The notes below the pieces were generated by a model that was given only the letters and a program-made list of their open reading frames with translations, had not been told where the DNA came from and did not search any database. Shown piece after piece: positions 29,426-39,450 of a stretch of 64,000 nt of DNA. Source of the DNA: Waterburya sp. (GTDB lineage: Bacteria > Cyanobacteriota > Cyanobacteriia > Cyanobacteriales > Xenococcaceae); assembly GCA_965217895.1 (NCBI GenBank), contig CBDCJV010000002.1:2464001-2528000 (forward strand), in the 5' to 3' direction. The position numbers and the translations under genes are program-made. Within the stretch, counting starts at the first letter, position 1. The number at the start of each line of letters is the position of its first letter.

Positions 29426-32400
29426 TTAGTTATTAGTTGTTGATTCTTGTTCTGCATTTTCTTCTTGTCTGTTACTCCCATTATGATTACTATTAGCTCG
29501 GTCTTCTGATTCTTGCTGTGTCTCTTCCCGTCTTTCTTGCTCCTTGTCTTTCTTTCTACCTCCTTTTAAGAAAGACTCTTCAAAATCTTTAATAACGATG
29601 TAAAGAATAGGTACAAAGATTAGACTCAAGACAGTTGCCACTATCATTCCGCCAAAGACCGCCGTACCCAACGACCAGCGACTTACCGCCCCAGCACCAG
29701 AGGCAATCACCAGCGGCATAAAACCGAATATAGCAGCAATTGCAGTCATTAAAATTGGTCGAAAACGTTGCTCCGAAGCGTAAATAGAAGCTTTTGTGAT
29801 ACTCATGCCCAAATCGCGGTTTTGATTGGCAAATTCCACAATTAGAATCGCGTTTTTACTCGCTATACCGACCAACATAAGCAATCCTACTTGGACATAG
29901 ATATTGTTGTCCAAAACGGGATAAACGCCTCCAGCCTGTAAAAAAGTCGCCCGAAGCCAAGTTGCACCCAATGCACCTAAGACAGACAGAGGCACGGTGA
30001 GCATGATAATTAAAGGGTCGATATAACTTTCGTATTGGGCTGCTAGCACCAAGAAAACCATCACAAAACTTAAGCCAAACACTAAAGGTGCAGAACCCCC
30101 AGAAGTTTTTTGTTCGGCGGCGGTGCTTGTCCACTCATAACCGAAACCTGGTTGCAGAGTAGCTGTAGTCGCTTCTTCCATTGCTTTGATTGCCTGTCCA
30201 GAACTGTAGCCATCGGCAGGAGAGACATTGATCTTAATCGCTGGGTATACATTGTAGTGGGTAAGAATCGGGGGAGAGGAAGTTTTCTGAGCCTTTAACA
30301 GTTCACCTATTGGAATTGAATTCCCATCACGAGAGCGCACATAGAGGCTGTCGATATCATCAGGATTACTACGACTTGCTGCTTCTGCTTGAGCATATAC
30401 GCGGTATAGCCTGCCATCTAGCACAAACTGATTGACATAGTTAGAACCAAGATAGGTTTGTAGAGTGCTAATGATTTCGTTGACATCGACATTTTGCGCA
30501 TTAGCTTTGTCGCGATCAATATTTGCTTCGAGCATCGGACCGTCAAAGGTAAAGGTGGTTATTGCTTGACCAATTTCGGGTCTTTTGCTGGCTGCGGCAA
30601 TTACCTGTTGAGTATTAGTAATTAGACCATCAATTCCCTTTCCCTGACGGTCTTCGATGTAAATTTCCGAACCACCAAAGTTACTCAAGCCATCTACAGG
30701 AGGAGCATTAACGCCAATCACTCTGGCACCACCAATATTTTGTTGAAACTCTTGGTTTACTTGTTGCAAAAGTCCAAACACCGAGCTAGAATTTCCAGTT
30801 CGCTCATCCCAAGGAATAAGCTTGGCGAATACAATCGCTTTGTTGCTATTTTGACCTTCAAAAGAAAATCCCGTCAGTCCCACAGAGTTCTGCACTTTTT
30901 TATGTCCCATAACTATCTTTGCTACCTGTTTAGTAATGTTATGGGTGTAGCTCAAGGAAACTCCTGGAGGTGCTTCAATAATGTTAATGAAATAGCCCTG
31001 ATCCTCTTCGGGAATAAATCCTTGGGGCAAACTAATATAAGTCCAGCCTGTCAGTACTAAAGCACCAATAAATACCGCGATGACCAATAGCTTTAAGCCA
31101 GTCAAAAATTCAATCAAACCTCGGTAACGATCTTTGATCCAGTCAAAGCCACGGTTAAACCGAGGAAATAGCCAGCCTAAAGGTCCTTTTACGGGTTCTG
31201 GGGGACGCAGAAATATCCCTGACATGGCAGGAGAAAAACTTATCGCATTAAAGAAAGAAAAAATCATTGCAAAAGCTATAGTCAAGCCAAACTGTTTGTA
31301 AACAATTCCCGTCGTACCAGGAAAAAAAGTCACGGGAATAAACACAGCTAATAAAACTATCGAGGTAGCAAATATTGCTCCCGCCAATTCTCCCATTGCA
31401 TCTAAAGCTGCCTGTTGAGGACGCATTCCCCGAGATAATTTACTTACTACTGCTTCGACAACAATAATACCGTCATCTACCACCAAACCCGTTGCTAGTA
31501 CACAGGCAAATAAGGTTAATTGATTGAGAGTAAACCCAAAAGCTTCTAGGGCAATCATTGCCCCAACTAGAGATACAGGAATAGCGATCGCGGGAATTAG
31601 AGTAGTACGCCAGTCCTGGAGAAAGAGAAAGATAATTAATATTACTAGGGCGATCGCTTGGATTAGAGTTATTACTATGTCTTTGAGAGAAGCATTGATA
31701 AATGAGGTGTTATCAGTAACCACTGCTGCTTTTAAACCTCTAGGAAAACTTGTTTCTTTTAATTCTGCCATTTTCGCTTTAATCGCCGAGGCAGTATCCA
31801 GGGCATTTGTCCCAGGAAGCTGATTAATAACCAATGCCACTGCGGGATCTTTTGCATCAAATACGGCTTTGGTAAAATAATTTTCTACTCCCAGTTCGGC
31901 TCGTCCAATATCTTTAACTTTAATGAGCGTACCGTCTGTTCCTACTTGTACGACGATAGCTTCTGCTTCTTCGGCTGTAGTAAAACGCCCGTTGACCTGC
32001 AACGGTAGCTGATACTGTTGTGAATCTGGTACTGGTTCTTGCCCTATCCCTCCTGTACCGACTTGAAAGTTTTGATTAGAAATTGCATCAACCACATCGC
32101 TTGAAGTTAATCCTCTAGCAGCCAATTTATCAGGATCGAGCCAAATTCGCATTGAATAGGTAGCCGAACCAACTAAGCGGAGACTTCCTACTCCTTCAAT
32201 TCGCTTGAGTTCATTCCATAAATAGCGATCGGCGTAATTATAAAGAAATACGGGGTCATAATAATATTCCCCCGCTTCATTTTTTTCGGAGTACAAAGCA
32301 TAAACCAGAGTAATACTGGGGGATTGTTTCTCAGTAGTTACTCCCGTAGAAGTTACGGTTTGCGGTAGGTTAGGCTGTGCCTGAGCAACTCGGTTTTGCA

Positions 32401-32725
32401 CCAACACTTGAGAGATATTGGCATCTTTCATAATCGGAAAAGACACATTGATAGTTGCGTTACCGTTATTGTCGGTATTGGAGTCAATCCACTTTACGTC
32501 CTCGGTACCGTTAATTTCTCGCTCCAATACGGTAGTTACATTATCTACGGTAGTTTTAGCATCCGCACCTACGTAGTTAGCACTTACCGTAATTTGCTTT
32601 GGTGCAATCTGAGGGAGTTTATCTAAGGGCAATAATGCTAGACAAATAGCTCCCAATAGCACAATTACAATCGAACAAACGGTAGTTAATACAGGTCTTT
32701 TAATAAATGGGGTTGAGATAGACAT
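29426..32725 (-). CDS. RND efflux permease (AcrB/HAE1 family)
   Basis: FIKRPV, GLVVDDGIIVVE, KNAILIVEFA, RFRPILMT. Confidence 0.95.
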   Translation of the reverse strand: MSISTPFIKRPVLTTVCSIVIVLLGAICLALLPLDKLPQIAPKQITVSANYVGADAKTTVDNVTTVLEREINGTEDVKWIDSNTDNNGNATINVSFPIMKDANISQVLVQNRVAQAQPNLPQTVTSTGVTTEKQSPSITLVYALYSEKNEAGEYYYDPVFLYNYADRYLWNELKRIEGVGSLRLVGSATYSMRIWLDPDKLAARGLTSSDVVDAISNQNFQVGTGGIGQEPVPDSQQYQLPLQVNGRFTTAEEAEAIVVQVGTDGTLIKVKDIGRAELGVENYFTKAVFDAKDPAVALVINQLPGTNALDTASAIKAKMAELKETSFPRGLKAAVVTDNTSFINASLKDIVITLIQAIALVILIIFLFLQDWRTTLIPAIAIPVSLVGAMIALEAFGFTLNQLTLFACVLATGLVVDDGIIVVEAVVSKLSRGMRPQQAALDAMGELAGAIFATSIVLLAVFIPVTFFPGTTGIVYKQFGLTIAFAMIFSFFNAISFSPAMSGIFLRPPEPVKGPLGWLFPRFNRGFDWIKDRYRGLIEFLTGLKLLVIAVFIGALVLTGWTYISLPQGFIPEEDQGYFINIIEAPPGVSLSYTHNITKQVAKIVMGHKKVQNSVGLTGFSFEGQNSNKAIVFAKLIPWDERTGNSSSVFGLLQQVNQEFQQNIGGARVIGVNAPPVDGLSNFGGSEIYIEDRQGKGIDGLITNTQQVIAAASKRPEIGQAITTFTFDGPMLEANIDRDKANAQNVDVNEIISTLQTYLGSNYVNQFVLDGRLYRVYAQAEAASRSNPDDIDSLYVRSRDGNSIPIGELLKAQKTSSPPILTHYNVYPAIKINVSPADGYSSGQAIKAMEEATTATLQPGFGYEWTSTAAEQKTSGGSAPLVFGLSFVMVFLVLAAQYESYIDPLIIMLTVPLSVLGALGATWLRATFLQAGGVYPVLDNNIYVQVGLLMLVGIASKNAILIVEFANQNRDLGMSITKASIYASEQRFRPILMTAIAAIFGFMPLVIASGAGAVSRWSLGTAVFGGMIVATVLSLIFVPILYIVIKDFEESFLKGGRKKDKEQERREETQQESEDRANSNHNGSNRQEENAEQESTTNN

Positions 32726-32809
32726 TTTTTAGAAGAAGATAGTATTTATGTATTAAATAGCGAGTTAGGAACAAGTGATTGTTTATTTGTTGTAACTTAC
32801 CTACTTTGT

Positions 32810-34297
32810 CTACTGGTTTGCTTTTGTCCCCGCCTCAGAAACGGCTTGATTTTTATTTGCTTTATTTTGTTCGGCAGTCTGGATAGACGTGCCGTCTTTG
32901 AGACTAAGAATATTAGAAACCGCAACCCTGTCTCCTGGTTTGAGACCAGAGACAACCTGATAACTTTGATTTTGGATACTGCCTAACTTAACTGGTTGCT
33001 GCTGGGCAATCAAAGATGTGCTTGAAGACTTGGTATTATTTTGAGACTTAGCATTATCTTTCGGTTGAGAATTGTCCTTTTTGGCTGAAGATTGAGGATT
33101 ATTTTTTGGTTGAGAATTATCCTTTTTGGCGACATAAACAAAATCTTGTCCTCCCAAGGTCGATATAGCGGTAGTGGGGATTAATACTCCTGGCTTTTTA
33201 TCCCAAATAACTTTAACTCGCACATATTGTCGATCTCTAAGACTTGCTTGATTGGTAAAAGTAACTTTAGTCAGTACAGATTGAGTGTTTTGTTGAACTA
33301 AGGGTGCAATATAGGTGATTTTTCCTTCGACTCCTGGGCTACCATCTTTGTTGATGGCTTGTACTAGTAGTCCTAGCTTGAGGCGATCGCGATATTCCAC
33401 GGGGATCTGAATATTGAGGTCGAATAATTTATTATTAGTGATGGTGGTCAACTCTTCTCCAGCACTAACATAATCACCAACTTTCGTAGTATCAAAACTA
33501 CCGACAACACCATCTATAGGTGCAGTTATCTGGTGATAAGCCAAATTTTGTTTTGTAGAGCCTAGTTGTGCTTCTGCCTGTTTGATAGCTGCCATTTGCC
33601 CATCCACATTGGCTCTAGCTTGATCTACCTGTTTTTCCGCTGCCCGCAGGGATTCGATTTTGGCATTAAGAGTTTCTTGCTGAGAATTACGTTGAGCAAT
33701 ACTAGTTTTAAGAGTACGATTTTGGTTGTCCAAATTCTGTTGGGGCAATGCACCGCCCTTGACTAGAGTTCTGGTTCGCTTAATATTAATTTTTGCTAGT
33801 TCTACTTGTGCCTGTGAGTCCTCAACATCAGATCTAGCAGCCTTTACGTCGGCAGCAGCAGCAGCGCGGTTAGCTTCGGCTGTACTCAATGCAGCTTGAG
33901 CTTGACCTAAGGAAGCTCTTTGAACATTAACGTTTTGAGCAGCTGCATTAACATTTTCCTGTTGTTGAGTTGGTTCAAGCTCAACAATAGGCTTCCCCAG
34001 ACTAACGGTATCGCCTTGGCGAGCATATATTTTTAGGATTCTGCCCTGGGTACGAGGTGCTAGACTAACGCGAGTTCTAGCCTCTAAAGAGCCAACATAT
34101 TGGCTACTATCAATTATGGTCGCTGATTTTATAGTTTTTAATTTAACGGCGATCGCTGGCGGTTTACTACTGGCTTGTTTTTTTTTGTCACCACCGCAGC
34201 CACCAAGACCAATTGATAGTAAAGTAACAGCTACAGCATAGCTAGCTGCACGTATTAAAGAAGCAGATATAAATTGAGGCTTTTTTAGACAAATCAT
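32810..34297 (-). CDS. RND periplasmic adaptor (MFP), lipoprotein
   Basis: Lipobox-like LGGC, long alpha-hairpin, ITAPIDGVVG, VVSGLKPGDRV. Confidence 0.92.
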   Translation of the reverse strand: MICLKKPQFISASLIRAASYAVAVTLLSIGLGGCGGDKKKQASSKPPAIAVKLKTIKSATIIDSSQYVGSLEARTRVSLAPRTQGRILKIYARQGDTVSLGKPIVELEPTQQQENVNAAAQNVNVQRASLGQAQAALSTAEANRAAAAADVKAARSDVEDSQAQVELAKINIKRTRTLVKGGALPQQNLDNQNRTLKTSIAQRNSQQETLNAKIESLRAAEKQVDQARANVDGQMAAIKQAEAQLGSTKQNLAYHQITAPIDGVVGSFDTTKVGDYVSAGEELTTITNNKLFDLNIQIPVEYRDRLKLGLLVQAINKDGSPGVEGKITYIAPLVQQNTQSVLTKVTFTNQASLRDRQYVRVKVIWDKKPGVLIPTTAISTLGGQDFVYVAKKDNSQPKNNPQSSAKKDNSQPKDNAKSQNNTKSSSTSLIAQQQPVKLGSIQNQSYQVVSGLKPGDRVAVSNILSLKDGTSIQTAEQNKANKNQAVSEAGTKANQ

Positions 34298-34554
34298 TTA
34301 TTTTAGTTATTAGTTCCGATTTAGCAGTGTCCGAACTAGAAATAGAATTAAAATCCAAATTTATGTTATGGTTATTAATCAAAATATAGGTTTTGATTAA
34401 TACTTTGCCTTGTATGGGATTGCCGGAGTTTCAGTTGAACATTTTGGTAGTGATTATGAGTATTTATCTTTAATTTTAGAAAGTAAAAAGAAGAGCTACT
34501 GTATCAACTATGGATTTGTCCGCAAGTAGCGATCGATGATTTCGCAACTCAGGA

Positions 34555-35112
34555 TCAAATTTGACAACTCATCAATCGTGCTAAAAAGTAATTAGTCATT
34601 TTAGATCCATAGGGAGAATTCCACCAAAGACCAGGAAGTCCTCCTTTTGCTGCATCCTGAGAATAGTTAAGATCGCTGCATTTAATCCAATTTCCATTTT
34701 CTCGCCATCCCAAGCGATCGCCCCACTTCTCTAATACTTGATTATTTTGTTCGATAGTAGTTTGCTCGCTACCGCCTGAGTCTTGATATATCTGTACCTG
34801 AACACTAAAACCAAAACGATTATCGCTGTAATTAAGCCATAAACGATCTATTACCTGTAATTCGCTACAGTCAATCTGTTTTATTTCATCAGGACGTAAA
34901 TTTTCTATTTCTGTTTGACCAGCAATTGCTAAAATTAGCTGCACTGTCTCTTTGTCTGCTTCTAACCATTTTCCTTCTTTTAAAAGATTTTGCAGAGTTT
35001 CGTAACGGTAGATATTGCTAACCCGCAGCAGTTTTTCTTCTAGACTATTTATTCTTTCCTTGAGTTGTTCGACTTCAGTATTTGAAGAAGATTGAGTATC
35101 TGTTTGGGACAT
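34555..35112 (-). CDS. GUN4-like domain protein
   Basis: YETLQNLLKEGKWLEADKET, IDRLWLNYSDNRFGFSVQ, DRLGWR. Confidence 0.88.
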   Translation of the reverse strand: MSQTDTQSSSNTEVEQLKERINSLEEKLLRVSNIYRYETLQNLLKEGKWLEADKETVQLILAIAGQTEIENLRPDEIKQIDCSELQVIDRLWLNYSDNRFGFSVQVQIYQDSGGSEQTTIEQNNQVLEKWGDRLGWRENGNWIKCSDLNYSQDAAKGGLPGLWWNSPYGSKMTNYFLARLMSCQI

Positions 35113-35251
35113 AAAGAGAACCTAGCTGACCTAAATTTATCTTATCGAAATAATAGATAATAATCACGCTATCAAAACTAAATAGGGTTTGACTTCTCAA
35201 ATGTTGCCAAAAATCGTCTAATCTTGTCCTGAAATAAAAAAATAGTAATTT

Positions 35252-35279
35252 GTAAGGGCGATTCGCGAATCGCCCTTAC
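35252..35279. repeat. REP-like perfect 28-bp palindrome GTAAGGGCGATTCGCGAATCGCCCTTAC
   Basis: Same core as 543-574 with one compensatory pair change. Confidence 0.9.
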
Positions 35280-35304
35280 GAGATATCTGTAGTTAAGTAA
35301 CCTA

Positions 35305-35447
35305 CGCCAACAGGATTTAGTCTGAAACGAAATTAAGATCGTCATGATTTCACTCAGCCTTAATTTTTTTTGGCGATCGCGACGGCATTTTACGCTTGAC
35401 ACCAATTGTCTGTGCCAAGCAGGTTCAAATTCGAGACAAAAATCATC
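35305..35447 (-). pseudogene. IS982-family transposase N-terminal fragment
   Basis: Translates as DDFCLEFEPAWHRQLVSSVKCRRDRQKKLRLSEIMTILISFQ. DDFC..F and LSEIMTILI.F are IS982-type N-terminal motifs; no DDE domain follows. Confidence 0.75.
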
Positions 35448-35687
35448 CTACTCTTTTTCTTATTATTTGTTCTCCCTCCCAGAATTGGGGGGTTGGGGGG
35501 CGAAAATCAGTAAAAATTCAGCCTGAATAACTTTTCAGATATCCTCTAAAGGATTAGCTTCGCGTCCTTCCCATCTGATTGACTACTAACTACTAACTAC
35601 GAACTTTTTTATTTTGTCCAAAGTCCAAGCTATTTAAAAGCTTTTGTTAAATATGTAACAGGAAGAACAAAACCTCAAAGGTTATGA

Positions 35688-36995
35688 TTGCTTAATATCC
35701 GCCAGTATAGCTATTTAATGCCAAAACTAAGCAAATCCCTGAGGCAAGCCAAATTTAACGCTAATAAATTTGAACTAAGTAATGGATTAACTATCATCCA
35801 TCAGCATTTGCCTGCTACTCCTGTAGTCGTTGCAGATGTCTGGATAAAGGCAGGAGCGATCGCCGAGCCTGGAGAATGGTCGGGAATGGCACATTTTTTA
35901 GAACACATGATTTTTAAGGGTTCTCCCAACGTGATGGTGGGAGAATTTGACTCGTTGATTGAGAATACGGGAGGTGTAGCTAATGCAGCCACTAGCTATG
36001 ATTATGCTCATTTTTATTTGACCACCGCAGCACCACATCTAGAGCAGACCTTACCCTGTTTGGCGGACATTTTATTAAGGGCGACTATTGCTGAGGATGA
36101 ATTTATTCGGGAGCGAGAAGTAGTTTTAGAAGAGATATATTCTAGCAACGATAATCCCGATTTTGTTGGGTTTCAGGCTTTGTGTCAAAATATTTATCAG
36201 CATCATCCATACCGACGCTCAATTTTGGGAGACAAGGAACTATTGTTAAAACATACGCCTAATCAAATGCGGTGTTTTCATCACACCCATTACCAGCCAG
36301 AAAACATGAGCGTAGTGGTTGTGGGTGGTATTGAACAGGAAAAAGCCTTGACTTTGATCGAGCGAAATTTTAGCGACTTTAGCGTACGTTCAGAATGTCC
36401 GCCTACAGCGATCGCAGCAGAACCACCGACGTTGGATATTCGTCGCCAAGAATTGTATTTGCCCAGAATCGAACAGGCACGCTTATTGATGGCTTGGATT
36501 TGTCCTGGTGCAGAGTCTTTAGAAGAGGCGATCGCTTTGGATTTAATTGCTCTAATTTTTGCTGGAGGACGCAGTTCGGGTTTAGTTAGAGAACTAAGAG
36601 AAGAAAGACAGTTGGTGATGGATATTGACTGTAATCTGTCTTTGCAAAAAGACTCAAGTATGTTTTCAATTAGTGCTTGGTTGGCAGTAGAACACTTAGA
36701 GATGGTCGAAAACATTATCCGCGATCGCCTGCAAAAACTACATCACGAGCTTATCCCTACAGCAGAAATTAACCGCGCCAAACGGCAGTTAATCAATGAT
36801 TATATCTTTTCTAGTGAAACCCCTAGCCAGCTAGCTAGCATCTACGGATTCTATAATATTGTCGCTACAGCTTCTGATTCAGCACTATACCCCCAGATTA
36901 TCAATCAACAACAGCCAGAGCAGCTACGACAAATCCTGAGCCGATATTTATCTCCCGAACGCTATGCTGTGACGATCTTGAAGCCAATTGTTTAG
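35688..36995 (+). CDS. M16 (pitrilysin-like) zinc peptidase
   Basis: Inverted zincin motif HFLEH, NAATSYDY, EREVVLEE. Start may be the ATG at 35718. Confidence 0.92.
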   Translation: MLNIRQYSYLMPKLSKSLRQAKFNANKFELSNGLTIIHQHLPATPVVVADVWIKAGAIAEPGEWSGMAHFLEHMIFKGSPNVMVGEFDSLIENTGGVANAATSYDYAHFYLTTAAPHLEQTLPCLADILLRATIAEDEFIREREVVLEEIYSSNDNPDFVGFQALCQNIYQHHPYRRSILGDKELLLKHTPNQMRCFHHTHYQPENMSVVVVGGIEQEKALTLIERNFSDFSVRSECPPTAIAAEPPTLDIRRQELYLPRIEQARLLMAWICPGAESLEEAIALDLIALIFAGGRSSGLVRELREERQLVMDIDCNLSLQKDSSMFSISAWLAVEHLEMVENIIRDRLQKLHHELIPTAEINRAKRQLINDYIFSSETPSQLASIYGFYNIVATASDSALYPQIINQQQPEQLRQILSRYLSPERYAVTILKPIV

Positions 36996-37009
36996 TAATC
37001 AGTAACGTT

Positions 37010-38353
37010 CTAAATCGAACCTGGAGATGCACTCAAGCTTGGCAAAAAACTAACTATTGGCGGAAAAATAATAATAAGTGTCAAAACCAGAAGCTGCAAC
37101 AAAATAAAAGGAATTGCTCCGCGATAAATTTCTACGGTTTTAAGCTCTGGTGGTGCTACCCCTCTCAAATAAAACAAAGCAAAACCAAAGGGAGGAGTTA
37201 GAAAAGAAGTCTGCAAATTTGCCCCAATAATTACTCCATACCAAACCAGATCTAATCCTAGCTGTTGGGCAACGGGAGCAAATATGGGAATCACAATAAA
37301 GGCAATTTCAAAAAAGTCAATAAAGAAGCCCAGGAAAAAAATCACCAGCATATTAACCAGTAAAAAACCAAACGTTCCCCCAGGAATATTAATCAGGAGA
37401 TCTGCCATAAACCTATCTCCCCCTAAGCCACGAAATACTAAACTAAAGGCAGTTGAACCGAGCAGAATAAGCATTACCATAGTGGTAATTTTCATAGTTG
37501 CATCACAGACTTCTCTTAAGGCTGCCCAGTTTAACTGACGATTAATCGCCGCTAAAATTATTGCCCCCACTGAACCTAATGCACCAGCTTCCGTTGGGGT
37601 GGCGATACCTAAGAAAATACTGCCTAACACCACTAGAATTAGCAACAAAGGAGGAAACATTACCGTTACCACTCTGATCAAAAGTTCTCTACCCCCAATT
37701 CTGACGCTAGCGGGCAAAGCGGGTGCAACTTCAGGCTTAAGATAAGCAACAATTAAAACGTGCAGAGCAAATGCACCCGCCATCATTAATCCAGGAATTA
37801 ATGAACCAAGGAATAGATCGCCGACGGGAACACCCAACTGATCTCCTAAAACAACCAGCACTACACTAGGAGGAATAATTTGTCCGAGAGTACCAGAAGC
37901 CACAATTACTCCTGCTGCCAACTCTTTGCTGTAGCCATAGCGCAGCATAATTGGTAGAGATATTAAGCCCATCGCCACCACCGTAGCTGCCACAACTCCC
38001 GTAGAAGCTCCCAGTAATGCACCGACAATTACCACCGCCAAAGCCAAACCACCCCGCACTCTGCCGAAGAGAATGCCCATGGTTTCTAACAGCTTTTCGG
38101 CAATGCCTGTTTTTTCGAGCATCGAACCAAGAAAAATAAAGTAAGGAATAGCCAGAAGAGTATAATTAGCCATGATGCCAAAAATACGGCTAGGCATAGC
38201 GTTAAAGAAACTAAAGCTAAATTCTCCTACTGCTGTACCAATCAAGGCAAATAAAAGAGCCACTCCTCCCAAGGAAAATGCCACAGGAAAGCCGATGGAC
38301 AGTAAGATTAATGCTCCTGCAAACATTGTTATACTTAACCAGTCGTAATTCAT
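37010..38353 (-). CDS. dctM: TRAP transporter large permease (DctM; GtrB-like)
   Basis: LLAIPYFIFLG, ASGTLGQIIPPS, ATPTEAG, SFLTPPFG. Confidence 0.92.
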   Translation of the reverse strand: MNYDWLSITMFAGALILLSIGFPVAFSLGGVALLFALIGTAVGEFSFSFFNAMPSRIFGIMANYTLLAIPYFIFLGSMLEKTGIAEKLLETMGILFGRVRGGLALAVVIVGALLGASTGVVAATVVAMGLISLPIMLRYGYSKELAAGVIVASGTLGQIIPPSVVLVVLGDQLGVPVGDLFLGSLIPGLMMAGAFALHVLIVAYLKPEVAPALPASVRIGGRELLIRVVTVMFPPLLLILVVLGSIFLGIATPTEAGALGSVGAIILAAINRQLNWAALREVCDATMKITTMVMLILLGSTAFSLVFRGLGGDRFMADLLINIPGGTFGFLLVNMLVIFFLGFFIDFFEIAFIVIPIFAPVAQQLGLDLVWYGVIIGANLQTSFLTPPFGFALFYLRGVAPPELKTVEIYRGAIPFILLQLLVLTLIIIFPPIVSFLPSLSASPGSI

Positions 38354-38892
38354 TGATTATCCTCCTGACTGGGATTGGTTTGTTGATAGATATTCCAGTT
38401 TTTTATCGCTTCGGAAATTCCTTGTAAGATTAATAAAATAAAAGCAATAATAATCGCTGATTTAATTGGATAACGGGGTAATCCGCCAGGATCGGGAGAC
38501 ATTTCGCCTATGCTCCAAGAACTGACCACTGTTCCCCAAGAATAATAAATTATTAAAAAACTGAAGGGAATTAGAAATAAAATATTACCCAAAAAGTTGG
38601 CAAGAGCCTGGCGACGGCGACTCCAGCCTTTATAAAAAATATCGACTCGCACGTGTTCATTATATTTGAGGGCATATGCAGCCCCTAACAGAAATACCAG
38701 ATCGAAAAGATACCACTGTATTTCAATTAGAGCATTAGAAGTAAGATTAATACCGATAATGCGTCCTATGTACCTACCAATAACGTTCCACGCGCCTACT
38801 GCAACCATTAGCAATACGAGCCAGTAGGTGATGCGTCCAATCCATTCATTAATTAGATCGATTACATCGGCTATTTGTAATAGCTTTCTCAA
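38350..38892 (-). CDS. dctQ: TRAP transporter small permease (DctQ; GtrA-like)
   Basis: EIQWYLF, HVRVDIFY, SPDPGGLP; 4-bp overlap with dctM. Confidence 0.9.
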   Translation of the reverse strand: MRKLLQIADVIDLINEWIGRITYWLVLLMVAVGAWNVIGRYIGRIIGINLTSNALIEIQWYLFDLVFLLGAAYALKYNEHVRVDIFYKGWSRRRQALANFLGNILFLIPFSFLIIYYSWGTVVSSWSIGEMSPDPGGLPRYPIKSAIIIAFILLILQGISEAIKNWNIYQQTNPSQEDNQ

Positions 38893-39197
38893 ACTCTTTC
38901 CTCTACACAGTTTTTTGCTTAGTAGCTAATGCTAAGGGCTTTAGAGCATGAAGTCTAGATGTATTTGATTAATCGTTATGTTTCACCAACGTATTTTGCT
39001 TAACTGACCAATTAAAAACAGTTCTGGATAACCATGAATTAGCCAGACACAAAGATACAGAATAAGCTGAAATTCTGGTTGTTTCGTCAGTTGAAATAAC
39101 AATTCTTGGGTAAAATAATCCTCGAAATCGTCTTAACCTGAACCGATATTAAGCTGAAATATTTACCAACTCCGAAGGAGTTGAAGTAGCAAGTAGA

Positions 39198-39251
39198 AGC
39201 CGCGTGGAGCGGCTCGCCTGCACAAAGTGCAGTCGGCGAACTCCAGTTCGC
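39198..39251 (+). repeat. Three-hairpin structured element, copy 2
   Basis: AGCCGC-GTGGA-GCGGCT CGC CTGCAC-AAA-GTGCAG TCG GCGAAC-TCCA-GTTCGC. Confidence 0.85.
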
Positions 39252-39388
39252 GCAGATAGCAATTAAGAAAAACTCCGAAGTTGGATATGCAGCCTCCTCA
39301 TTCATGAGGAAAAGGTGAAAAAATAATTCAATTCTTGAATACATGCGGGCAAGCCCTTTGTCTGACTTCAGGCAGAGGTTGAACTTGC

Positions 39389-39442
39389 AGACGCGCTTCG
39401 CGTCTGGCCGTTGCGGAGCAACGTCGGCAGCCTCCAGGCTGC
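39389..39442 (+). repeat. Three-hairpin structured element, copy 3
   Basis: AGACGC-GCTTC-GCGTCT GGC CGTTGC-GGA-GCAACG TCG GCAGCC-TCCA-GGCTGC. Confidence 0.85.
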
Positions 39443-39450
39443 GCTACTTG

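Noticed and set aside
35178..35405. 75-aa ORF as an intact gene
   Set aside because: Chimera of the IS982 fragment and the REP palindrome.
35645..35660. TGTTAAATATGTAACA as an NtcA/CRP-type site upstream of the M16 peptidase
   Set aside because: Matches only TGT-N10-ACA, not GTA-N8-TAC; expected by chance in AT-rich DNA.
39087..39344. 85-aa ORF; also a tRNA or lysine-riboswitch interpretation of the hairpins
   Set aside because: The ORF crosses repeats. The hairpins lack an acceptor stem, T-loop GTTC context and 7-nt anticodon loop, and lie downstream, not upstream, of lysC.
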